Assembly: GCA_004431415.1 (NCBI GenBank)
Contig: QPMI01000142.1
Coordinates: 52,335-116,334, forward strand
DNA: 64,000 bases
Reading direction: 5' to 3'
DNA from: Cyanophora paradoxa CCMP329
Lineage: Eukaryota; Plantae; Glaucophyta
The notes beneath the pieces were generated by a model. It did not search any database and was not told the DNA's origin. It saw only the letters and a program-made list of their open reading frames with translations. Numbering within the stretch: position 1 is the stretch's first letter; every line of letters begins with the position of its first letter. The position numbers were made by a program, and so were the translations under genes. This document shows positions 1 through 12,000 of this stretch, piece after piece.

Positions 1-2846
1 CGTCACGTGAGTGAAGCTCTCTTCTGTGTAATTTGAAGCATTGTTTCAAACCGCACTGACGGGCCGTCCGTCGTCCGATTCAGGGTGCCGATTCACCTGG
101 ACGACAAGGTCATCGATAGTTCCGAGCTCCCTGCGGCCGTCCAGGTGAGCGCTCGCGTTCGTATATACGTAGTTCGCGTCTTTCAGATACGTTTACCTAC
201 AAAACACATGGATCGTCGCTTCGGGTGATCTCACCGCGAAATGCGCAGAACAAGGTTCTTGAGCTCTTCGGCAAGCCCTTCAACGTCGTAGAGGGTGCGA
301 GCGGCGCCTGTACATGCATTTGTTGCCACGTTGACGGGCGGCGCGCAGAGGAGCCGATCGACCGCGCGAACGACTTCAAGACGACGATGTCCCAGGGCTA
401 CCGCATCGACTACATCGACACGCTCCCCGCCGACTGGCAGAAGACCTACACCATCAGCGGCACCAAGGCCTTCCAGCAGCCCGGCAAGATCTCCGGCTCC
501 GTCAGCTACACCGTGCGCCACTGCACCGCATCGGTATCGATGTCGGCATCAGCGGATGGGAGGCCTGACCGGTTTTGGATTCGCTGCGGCAGATCCCGTC
601 GGAGGCGGAGGTCGTGGGCTTCAATCTGATCCCTGGCAAGGAGGTCGGCCACATCGACACGTGCGCCCATCGCCCCCGGGTCGTGGCTCACAGCTTCGAT
701 CTCTCCGCCGGCCCTTGACGCCCCCCGCCATCGCGAACGCAGCTACGTCAAGCTCACGGTCGGCGAGAGCGGCTCCGCTGGCCCGGTGCGCTCCGGACAT
801 CCCTCTAGATGTACCGTGCACCCCTCTACGCGCTCTGCTCACACGGCATGCTGCATCGGTGCCCCCGCAGGAGACGGCCGTGTACGAGGGCGAGGCCGAC
901 CCCGCGCTGACCGAGATGGGCCCCGTCGTCCCCGGCAACGAGGTCCGCGCTGCATTCACATTCGCATGCGCTGGGCTGGGGCGGCGACGCCTGACGGGCC
1001 GCTTCCGTCCAGGTCGAGGGGAGCGCGGGCGTGGAGTTCGAGTGCGGCTCGACGGCGAGCGCGCAGCGGGCCGAGTCTTCGGAGACGGAGGACTTCAAGG
1101 AGACGAGCGTCCAGACCGAGGACCTCGGCGTCGTGGTCGGGTGCGCACGCGCAGTCGATTCTCGCCGAGAGTTGAGAATTCGCGCCGCTCGATTTTCCTG
1201 ACGGTTCCGGTACTGTCGCCGTCGTGAATCAGGGAGACGCGTTCCCTCGAGGGAACGGTCAAGCCTGCGAACATCGTACTCTTGCGCGAGGACGGCACCA
1301 AGGTGGCTCTCGCCGAGCGCCGCGTGGGATTCGATGTTGCGGTGCATTTGAGGCGAGCTGCGCAGATCGCCACGGACGTCTCCGTCGGGGGTGGCGGCGA
1401 AGGGCAGACCGCGACCTTCACGAACGAGGCGAGCTCGCCGCTCCGTGCACAAATATTTGAATCAAGCGTAACCGGCACTAACATCGCCCTCCGCGCACAG
1501 GTGTCCGGCGACGACGCTGGCGACCCGAGCCTCGTCGGCGTCTCGTACGCCCCGAAAGGCCTCTTCATGCTCAAGGACGTGCGCGCCGATATTGATACAG
1601 CGCATCGTCGATGTCGATCCGAATTTGGACGACTTGCGCGCACACCATTCGCAGCTGGCGACGGGCCAGTGCTTCGCCTTCAAGTCCGGGAACGTGAAAG
1701 CCCCGCTCATCCAGAAGGACTGCGACCCGAACGGGAGTGCGCTCATGTCTCCCCGGCGCTGAAAACGAGTTTGTGCGCTGATTACACCTCCGGTTTCAGA
1801 GCTGACCGTGTGGGAGACGCTGGCGCCCAAGCACGCGGACGACCCGAACCTGCTCAAGCTGAAGGTCGACGACAGGAAGCTCTTCGTCGACACGCCCGGC
1901 AACGAGGACACGGCGAAGTTCAACAAGATCCAGGCCTGGAACGCGTCGGTGCGTCCTTTTGCCACGATGCGCGCCGCTCTGCAATGAGAGCATCCGGCGG
2001 GCAGATGGGACCGAAGGACCAGCAGGTCCGGTTCAGCTACCTGGGCGAGAACGAGGGCAACGCCGTTGTCGCCATCCACGCCGGTGCGGACGCTCTGTCC
2101 CCGCGGAGCGCATGCGCGAGGAGCCGACGGGGCGCGCGCGCAGGCGACGAGCCCGACCTCGTGTACACCATGGGCGACGACGGCATCACTCGCGCCCTCC
2201 CGTGGTGCGTGACCTGTGCACGCGCATGCCGACGTAAATTGCTGCGTGAAATCTATAGCTAGCTGACAGCGGCTGCCTTCTTTGCGCAGGCAGGAGGGAG
2301 TCACGCCGGGCATCGAGATCGTCCCGGTCAAGCAGGTCGTCACGGAAAACAAGAACCTCCTCGGCAAGCTGATATCCACCACCAAGTCGTACGAGCTGGC
2401 CAACGAGGAGACCGAGAACGAGTATATCGATGGCGAGGAGGACGACGGCGCCGACGCGGGCGAGATGACCGACGGCCTGTCGACCGACCCGACCGCCGCC
2501 GTCGACCTGTCGGATCTCCTCGCCGAGATCCGGGAGACCTCGTCGCCCCAGTCCGACGGGCCTCCCGCCATCGACGGGGGCACCGACATCGCCATCCCGC
2601 CGAACACGAATACCCTCGAACCGCTCTTGGACGCGATCCGGAATCAGTCCGACTACGTGTCGGCGAGCGGCGAGGAGGAAGGCGCGGCCGCCGACGACGA
2701 GGTGCGGCGAGTATTTCGACGCCGGCGCGCTCCGCGGCTGACTCCGGCGCGCGCGTGCACAGATCCTCGAGGCGATGGAGGACGCGGCGGCGGAGGAGGC
2801 GGGCTGGGCGGCTGCCGAGCAGGCCCTCGGCGACGCCTCGTTCTAA
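1..2846 (+). CDS. 3' part of a multi-exon gene (5' end outside window): hypothetical protein with a ricin-B/beta-trefoil-like domain and an acidic C-terminus
   Basis: A chain of short GT(GC)-AG introns joins into an open frame: ...FMLKD|LATGQCFAFKSGNVKAPLIQKDCDPNG|KLTVWE...LFVDTPGNEDTAKFNKIQAWNAS|MGPKDQQVRF (ricin-B-like C...C...W and Q-x-F repeats), then an acidic tail; stop TAA at 2844-2846. Confidence 0.7.
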
Positions 2847-3256
2847 ATGAAGTCTTTCTCTTGGCAGCCCAGCGGCTCTGCCTTGGAGGCCGCCGCGGCG
2901 CGTTACTTATAATGAAGCTTTTCTTTCGATTATCAAATACATCCACATAGCGCGCGTCATAAGAACCGTTGAACGATTAGTTAGCTGCTCTTGCGTCCTG
3001 AGGCCTGAGTGTTACGAAAGCATCACAAATTATAATTACACTACATTTTTGAACGCCGCGCGTTTACGCTCAGCGCCGCGCGTTTACCCTCAGCGAATTA
3101 TAATAGAAAATCCCGGAGCTCAAGGGGTCCCCATTGCTAGCTCCCGTGGAAATGATTCTCGGATCACGGCACGCCTTATCTACTTTTCAAGCAGCGAGGC
3201 ACACGCCGCAACGCGCCTTCGCTGCGAAAATGGTTTGAATTCGCCGAGAAACAGAC

Positions 3257-6101
3257 TCAGGTCCTTTGCCGCGGGGACGGCGGGTCTGGGGGAGGGGCGC
3301 GGCCGGCGGGCCCGGCGGGGGCACCGGTGGGGTTCGGGGTCTCGCGGAGGGCGGCGAGGGCGGCGTGGACGCGCCGGCAGCGCGGGTGCTCCGGCGGGAA
3401 CGCGTCCCGAAGCTCCTCGAGGGCCGCCGCGGCGCGCGCGAAGCAGAGCGCCGCGCGGCGCCGCTGGCCGGCGCGCGCGTACAGCTCTCCTAGGGCGCAG
3501 ACCTGCGCGCGCGGAAATTACACGGAAATTCGAATGGGACGGGGCGGCGTGGGCCGGCGGGGCGGACGATGTGCAGCGACATGACCGAACGAGACGAGCG
3601 CGCGAAGATGGTCGAGACGAGCTGCCGCCGCAGACTGAGCGGCGCGGGAGCTGGGACCGGCTCGGAGGGCGTCCTAGCCGTCTCACCAGCATGAGGCGGT
3701 AGGTGCGGAGGTACGTTCGGTAGCTCGCGACGCGCCCGAAGCCCTTGTGCGTCCCGCTCATGCTGCGCGCGCGAGTCGCCAGCGTTAGCTGACGGCAGGC
3801 CGGCGCGCGCCGACCGACGGCTGCAGGGCGCGGTGGCTTACATGTCCTGCGCAGGGGCCGCCGGCAGGTCAGCTGTGGGCGCGCAGGCGGCGGGAGGGAG
3901 GGGAAAGGAGCCGAGGGACGCACCAGCGCGGGTCTGAGGACAGCGAATGACGAGGTCGCCGCAGGTGAGAAAATGGGAGCCGCGGGGTGAGGCGGGACGG
4001 GCGGGGCGGGGCGGGGCGGGGCGGGGCGGGGCGCACGAGGCCGGCTCCGGCGCCGAGTCGACGAGGGCGAGGCAGTCGCGCCACATGAGGATCCCCTCGT
4101 ACAGCCGCCCTGCCAGACAAGCCCGCTCGCTCAGACGAGGGCGGCTTGCTCGGAGGGCGCGCGCGCGCACCGGCGCGGATCGCGGCGAATCCGCAGTGGC
4201 CGAGTCCCGCGACCTCCGTACCCCCGTCCAGCCTGGCGGACGGGTACGGTGAGTGGGGCGAACAAGAAGGAAGGGGGCGAGGGTCCCACCTTTCCTCCCA
4301 GGGCAGCCGCCTCGTGATCTCAAAGATGCGCGCAAAGTGGCCCCTGGCCTCCTCAAGCTGCGCCCCGACCATCGCCATCCGCCCTGCCCAGAGGTCAGAA
4401 TTAGGGCAGAGGAGGGGAAGGGGGGGTGTGGGGGGGGGGGTAGGGAGGGGTACCGAGCGAGAAGCGGGCTCGGGCCTCGAAGACGGCGTCGTCGTCGGTC
4501 TCCGTGTACCTGCGGGGGGTACGCACGCTCGCACGCCCGGGACGGCGGGGGAGAGGGGGTAGAGGCGCGGGGCGGGAGCGTGCCAGTAGATGCTGCGAGC
4601 GAAGCGCGGCGTGAGGGGCGGAGCGGCGGGGCGGCGCGGCGGGGTGGACGCCCGCGGCTGGGCCCGGGGGTACACGCACCGCTCGGCGAGCTCGAACGCG
4701 AGGTTGTCGTTCACTGCGGGCGCCTCTCAGGCAGGGCGGGAGAGGCTCCCCTCCAGGGGAACGCCCTAGTTCCGGGGATCTAGAGACGACGGGCGGGGTC
4801 GGGGGCGGGAAGACGGACCGTGGGCCTCGACGAGGAGGAGGATGACGCGGGCCTCGAGGCGCGAGGGCGAGAGTCCCGCCTCCAGCGTCGCCGACCACGC
4901 CTGCGCGGGGCGCGGGGCGGGGCGCGTCAGAAGAGGGGAAGGGGAAGGAGAGGGCGGCCCGGCCCGGCCCGGCCCGGCCTCCGGACCTCGAACTGCGGCG
5001 GGCGGGGCGGGTCAGGCCTCGGGAGAGGGGCGGCGGGGGCCAGAGAAGAAGAGGAAAGGGGCGCACGAGGAGCGGAACGGCCGTCTGGAAGTCGCCCTCC
5101 TGCGCGGCCGGCGACGGTGAGGTGCGGCGCGGGCGCTCGGGCGGGGGGCGGGGGCGGGCCATGAGGTGCTGGTCCCCGATCGCGGTGAGGGTCTCCGCCA
5201 GCATCCGGCGGGCCCCGCGCCGCCCCTCCGCCCGCGACGCGAGGTCCCGCGCCAGGCCCAGGATCTGCGCGTACCCCGCCCCGTCGGATCGCAGGCGGGG
5301 GTAAGTGTGGACGGGGGGGCACGTGGAGGGCGTCGGCGAAGGGGAGGAGGAAGAGGTCGCAGGGGGCGGCCCGCAGGGAGGGGCGCGTCGTCTCCACAAC
5401 GTCCAGCACCTGGGTACCGAGAATTCGATGGAGGGGGTAGGGGGGTACAAGGGGCCGTGGGTACGCACGTGGCGGCAGTCGATGAGGGCGGCGTCGGCGT
5501 CGGCGGGGGTCCACTGTTTCATTCGGAGGTGCCGCATCGCCCTGCGTGGGGGTACACGATCAGAACCGGCGGGGGGACGGGGCCCGGGGGGTACAGCGCA
5601 CGATTTCACGACGACGGCCTTCAGCGCTGCGACAGCGGCCAAGGACTGCGGGAGAGGGGGGGGGGAATCAGCAGAGGGGGGGGGGGGGGGGGGAAGTGGG
5701 AAGGGTACGCACGATCTCGAGGGAGCCGGTGATAACGCGCGTCTGTGCGAGGCGAAGGCGAAAGTGGACGCGGCCGCGTCGCGTGGCGATGAGGCTCGAG
5801 GCGACCGCAGGCGCGCAGCAGAGGTACCTGCGTACCCCCCCCTCGGCCGGCTGAGGCCCCGGGACAACTACGGGAGGGAGATGGGGTACACGGACTTCGC
5901 AGCGTGCTCGGTGGCTTTCAGCCGCTCGGGGCCGGAAGGTGCCAGATCGATGGCTGCGAAGACCTGCGGGGTACCGAGTCGCTGGCTCGTCCCTCCCCCC
6001 CCCTCCCCGGGCAGCGGGGGGGTACCTTTTCGACCTGAGCCAGCAGCGCTTCCTCGGTGGGTATGGCCTGCGAGGGCGGGTACGTTAGCAGGCGCTTCTC
6101 T

Positions 6102-6135
<34 letters not shown>

Positions 6136-7666
6136 ACGGCGGACGTTGAGGTTCCGTGGGGCCTTCAGGGGTGGGGGCAGCCGCATGGCGGGTGGGTCCG
6201 TCGCCTGGAGGGGTATGCGTCGGTGAGGGGAGGGGGAGAAGGCCGCGGGGGGTACGCGCCTCGACGCAGAAGAGCGGCCGGCGGCGCGCGGGCGGCGGGG
6301 GCCCGTCGGGGCCCTCCGGAATGGCGTCGAGCTCCGCCATGAACGCCTCCTACCCCGGCGGCTTCAGGGGGGGGGGGAGGAGAGAGTAGAAGGGGAAGGG
6401 GTACGGGACGGACGAGGGCGTTGAGGGCGGGTACGGCGGGAGAGCGGAGGTAGTCCACCACTGAGCGCCGGGCGAGCTCCGCGCGCGTCAGCTGAAGCGC
6501 CGTCGCAACTGACTGCATCGTCCCTGCGCTCCAAATCTAAAAAAAGGGGGGGGGGGGGGGGGGAAAGAAAGGGGCGGGGAAGGTCGGACCCTCGCTCATT
6601 TGTATGGCGGCTGCCGGCGGCGTCAAGAGGGGGACCCAGCCGCGCGGAGGCGGAAATCGCGTACCCGGGTAGGTCCCGACGTCAGGGGCCAGCGCCGGCT
6701 CGACCTGCGAACGAAGCGCGGGGCCTCAGGCCGGGGCCCGAGCCGGGGAGGGAGCGGGTCGGAGGGGGGTACCCTGTCGATCTGGACGACGGCGAGGTCG
6801 GCGGCGAGGGCGAGGACCTCCTCTTCTTCCCCCCGGCGCGATCCGGTACCCTCCTCCGCCTCGCGCTCCGGCGGGGGGGCGGGCGCCGAGGCAAAATCGG
6901 GGCCGGGAGCGGCGGCGTGGGCGGGAGCGGCGGGGTGAGCGGGGGCGGGAGCGGGAATGGGAATGGGATGAGAAACGGCGGCGGGGGCGGGAGCGAAGGC
7001 GGGGAGGGGGGCGGATGGCGTGACGCGGGGACCCCAGCGGGGCGGGGGAGGCGGGTACATCAGAGCGGAGTCGAAGTCGGGCGGATTCGGCGGGGGCGAG
7101 GGGGACGGGGCGGCGAGCTCGAAGGGGAACGGGGAGGCGAAGGGGAGCGGGGGCGGCTCGGTGCCCGAGGACCCGGGGCGCGGGCCGCTCTGGTCCAAGA
7201 CATCGAGGGCGGCGGCGGCGAAGGCGTGCGAGTCGATCTCCTGCGGCGGGCTCGTGTTCGACGGCGAAGTCGGCCCCGCGCCGGGCGGCGCCGGCATCGT
7301 CCGGTGGCGCTTCGTGCGGTGCAGCAGCTCCTCCGTCGTCAGCGGCGGCTGCCTCCTCGGCTCCGCGGGGGCCGCGAGGACGTGGTGCGCTGGAAGCGGG
7401 CATCCCGCCGAGCCGGCGAACCGCGTCGCACTGTACGGGAAGCCGGCCGCATCTGGGTGTGCGGCTGCCGTGTACATTGGACCGAGCGCCGCTGCGGGTG
7501 CTGGGACAGCATGCGCTCCTTGCGCCAGGGGCGGATGCGAGTGCTCAGGCGCTAGCTGCGGCGGGGAGGTCGGAGAGTGCGGAGAGAGCGCGTTCCAGCT
7601 CGGAGGCGGCCGGCGGGACGATGGAGTCGCTGCCAGGCTGTCCATGTCGAAGTCGGGCGGCGGCAT
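3257..7666 (-). CDS. multi-exon hypothetical protein with a Pro-rich N-terminus and TPR-like helical C-terminus (start and internal exons uncertain)
   Basis: Spliceable exons give LAETLTAIGDQHLM, LEEARGHFARIFEI, AGRLYEGILMWRDCLALV and a last exon (3502-3257) VCALGELYARAGQRRRAALCFARAAAALEELR...*. Introns are C-rich on the sense strand. Confidence 0.45.
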
Positions 7667-9023
7667 TGCACCGCGGCAATCCAATCGCGCTAGTCTCTAT
7701 GCCGCTGTTCATCTCACTGCACGCCTGCAGCCTTCGCTGGGCCCCATTTCGCGCTCTAAAGTGTGCAGGATGGAAGTGCAGGATTTCGCGCTCAAGCTTC
7801 TCCAATCTGCTCTGCCAGTCTGCGCGCTGCCAAACACCTCCCGAAGATGCGCTTGGCAAGCTGACTGCGAAGCTTGCACTCGTCGACGTCGCGAGCTCTG
7901 GCGAATTCGAGTATCCCGGGTCGATCCGCAATCCGATCGACTCGACCTCGCTGGTTAGTGCCGGGCACTGCCGCAGTGCCGGCTATCAGAAGTGACGTCC
8001 TGCAGCTGGCCGAGCTCTCAGCCCGATCAAGCATCCAAGTTGTGATCCAACTGGCCCTGATGAGGCCGCCGGGCTGCAGCCTGCAGCTGATCATGACGGA
8101 TCACGTGCACGTTGCCCGGGAAGTCAGCGGGAACTTGCCCCTCACGGTAGCTATTGCGGCGGAGGCCGTGGAGTCGCCCGCGGCCGCCTCAATTGCAAGC
8201 GGCTCGCGGCCCCCGGCCCCCGGGCGCGCGCCGGCCCCGGCTCGAGCTCGGGCCCGCCGCTGTGCCCCGCCGCCGTCGAGTCGCTGCGCCTCGGCCTCTC
8301 CGGCGCCGCGTCCGACGCCGCGATATCGCGACGGCGGCGACGCTGTGCTCGCCGCCGCCGAGGCGTGCCCCGCGCTGCACGAGGCCGCGGGCGAGTATCA
8401 TGATCAGTGCGGCGAGATCGTCCCGCGCTCCACGGCGCCGGCGCCCCTCATTTCCCTCCTCGCCGCCCAGGCCCGGCCGCGGGCCTGCACTCCGGATCCC
8501 TCGCGCTGCGCGTGCGTGGCAGCCCGCGGCCCCGCGCGCGCCCGCGGCCGCGGCCGGCCGCGTCCAGTACGAATACGCGGCGCGGCACGATCGCGACGAG
8601 ATAGGCGCCCTCCTCTCTAGATCTCGAGCTCCGCCGCCGAGGCTCCGAGGCTCCGCCGCCCAGCCGCCACCCTCGATCGCGAGCTCGCAGCTGCCTTCCC
8701 GCGCCTCCGCTCGAGCTCGGTGCCCCTCTCGCCCCCCCGCCCCCCTCCCCGCTCTCGATCGACGTGGAGACGCATCCCTCCCTGTGCCCCGCGCCCCGCG
8801 CCCCGCGCTCGCGCAGGCGTCGTAGCACGATCATTGAAAGTAATACAACAGCAGCAAAGCCCGCATCTCTCTCTGCCTACGGTGCACTAGCGTACGGCTA
8901 CGGGCGGGGCGCCTCGACCTATACACTGCAACTAATGTAAACTAGACTCGACTAGGGGGAGGGGGCGGGAAAGGAAAGGGAAAGGGAGCGGGCGGGAGAA
9001 GGGCGATCGTGGACGCCGCCGCG

Positions 9024-12000
9024 CTAGTCGTCGAGCTGGCAGAGGAGCGCGACGCCCCGCTTGACCCAGCTGCAAGCAGCCAAAGCGCGTCAGCAGAAAG
9101 AAAGAAAGAAACGAGATTGGGAGCGCGGCGCACTGCTTCTCGGGCATGTCGGAGGGGAGCTTGACGGTCATGACGAAGTTGGTGGAGTGGCCCGTGGTGG
9201 AGAGGACGCCCCGCCGGGCCGAGGTCTTGTAGAGCGGGCACGCGTAGTGCGGCCACTGCGGCATCTTGGAGAGCTCGGCCGGCTTGAGCCACATGACGGG
9301 CATCGGCGCGTAGAGGGCCTTCGGCAGCTGCTCGCCGATGACCTTGCGGGGGGCGTCCCAGCGCGCCCCGTCCATGTAGAGCCCGCGCACGAAGACGCCG
9401 TCCTCGGGCGGCGCCGTGATCTGGGCGCCCGTCGGCGAGCCGGCCATCACCTCGAAGTCGAAGCCGAGCTGGTCGATGGGGACCCGCATCTTGCGCGCGT
9501 AGTTCTGCATGGCGCCTGCGGGATGCGTTAGCTTCGATCGGGTCGGAGCTTCACAGGGCTCGGGTCAGTCAGTCACCCGTGAGGAAGGACTGGGTGAAGA
9601 AGAAGCCGGAGAGCCAGAAGACGGCCGGGGGGCCCTTCTCGATCCACGTCGCGAAGAAGTGCAGGCGGCCCAGCAGGTCCGCGATGTACCCCCCGAGCGG
9701 CTTCAGCGAGGGGTACGACTTCGAGGCCCACACGCCGGGGACCTTGCCGATCGCCAGCGCGGAGTGGACCTGGAGGGGAGAGGGGGTTCCAAGTTAGGCA
9801 GTCGCTCGCGAATGAGAAGGCCTGAATCAAGTGGAGCTAGCCTTCTCGAGGTCGGAGGACATGACGACGAGGCCCTTGATGGCCTTGAGGAGCGAGTTGA
9901 GGGAGGAGCGGATGACGGCGACGAGGCGGTTGAAGCGAATGAGCTCCTGCACCAGCACCGTGTTCATCGACTCGCCGTACGTCACCGGGTACTTCTCCTG
10001 CGCCGCCGGCACGTCGAACTCCGGCGGCAGCTTCCCCAGGATGTCTGATGGCGGGGGGCCGTCAGAACGGAAGAGATAAGCGGGCGGGCGGTCGGACCGT
10101 GGGCGATCTCGGAGACGATCTCGTCGGGGGACTTGGCGCCGCCGCCGTGGCCGTGGCCGGAGCCGGCCGACGAGAACTGCGTCGAGAGGATCGAGTCGAA
10201 GAGCAGGTGCGTCTCCGCCAGCTCCTTTGCGATGTCGCAGTTCTCGTGCATCCCGAAGACCTCCGGCAGCTGGTGGTGGTGGAAGGCGGGGGCGTTAGTT
10301 AAGAGCCGGGCTTTATTATTATCATCCTATCTTTCTGCAGCTTCTCAGTTAAGCTAAGCTAAGAGCCAGACTTTAAGAGTTAGTTAAGAGCCGGGCTTTA
10401 TTATCACCTGGTTGATGGGCAGCTGCTTGATGTACTCGACGTAGCCGTGGTGGCCCGTGTCGGCGGGGGCGTAGTACGTCCCCGAGGGCGAGAAGCGGTA
10501 CGCGTCGTCCAGGATCTGGGGCGTGTAGAAGTCGGAGAGGACCGACATCAGCGTCCGCCGGTCGTGGTCGTCCGTCACGCGCCCGCCGTAGTTGCACTGC
10601 CGGACGGTCAGTCAGCGCTCGCCGTACACATTTCCACAACATTTCCACGCGGCAGCGTTCGCCGACTCGCTCACCTGGCCGGTGAGGTAGGCGAGGGCCT
10701 TGTAGGGGACCTGGGCGTACTCGTCGAGGAACATGGCCAGCTGCCGCACCGAGATGCGCAGGTCCGACTCGTTGAACTCGTACGGGATGTTCCACCTAAA
10801 CTCGTAGTTTAGCACAGTTTGGTGCCATAGAAGAAAGATGGGCGCACCCGATGGGCCCGAACTTGCGGCGCTCCTGGATGAGGGCGTGGAAGAAGCAGAG
10901 GCCGAAGAGGAGCTTGTGCCACTCGGCCTCGCGCCGGACGCTGGCGAAGAACGCCGGGTCCGAGATTGGGTCCGAGAGGTACGAGCGCATGAGGTTCGCG
11001 CGCAGGCCCTTGGGCGGCTCGTTCGTCATCTTCACGCCGTTCTGGAGGATGGAGACGGGGAACTGGTCCGAGGGGTACGACGTCAGCCAGAGCCGGAAGT
11101 CGGAGTGCATCTGGTCCGGGTTGAACTCCTCGCAGATCTGCGCGGGCGGGCGGGGAAGGTCAACGGCGGAGGACAAGCCTACTCTGAACTGCGGCCCAGC
11201 CGCACACACACACCTTCTCAAGGGTGGGCATCCAGGAGACGGCGAGGTGGCAGTTCTGGAGGACAACCCACGTGCCGCCCGAGACCGCCTCCTTGATCAT
11301 GCGCGTGGCGATGGGGCCCTGGCCCTGCCCCAGCGAGATCGAGTTGAGCTTGGAGCCGCCGAAGCCGCGGTCGTCCGCGAACTTGAGGAGCGAGGCCATG
11401 GGGTCCGCCCCGGGGCTCAGCACGAAGATCAGGGGGCTCGCCACCGACGAGTCCTTGTAGGAGCCGGCGAGGTCGAAGGGCGGCGGCTCGATGTAGCGCT
11501 GCCCGAGCTTCTTGGCGACGAAGTCCTGCACGGCGGGGACGACCTTGTCGGCGCGGAGGCAGCGCAGGATGACCATCTTCTGGAACATGGTGAGCGAGCC
11601 CGACTCGCCGGGCAGCTCGACGCGGTGCGGCTCGGCCGAGTCGTACACCGACTTCCACTCCTGCGCCTCGGCCGCGAAGCGCGTGGCGAGGCCCGAGAGG
11701 CCCGGCAGGTCCGAGGCGCGCACGATCTCGCCCCAGGACTTGGCGGAGAGCCAGGCGGGGGCCGGGTTGGGCGCCTGCGCCGAGGCGTCCAGGGCGATGC
11801 CTCCCGTGAGGAAGAAGGCCCACTCGGCCATGTCCATGTCGTCCCGGTCGCGCAGGATCGAGACGCAGAGCAGCAGCGAGAAGAGCAGCTTGTCCTTCTC
11901 GAAGAGGGAGCGGCAGACGTTGCAGTAGAGGCTGTACGTGAAGAAGTCGTTCAGGTTCACGATGCGCTGGTCCAGGTCCGGCGACTTGGGCGAGTCGGCG

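Noticed and set aside
8330-8620. Ankyrin-like fragments (ALHEAAG, YAARHDRDEIGALL)
   Set aside because: Too short, and I could not build a consistent exon chain.
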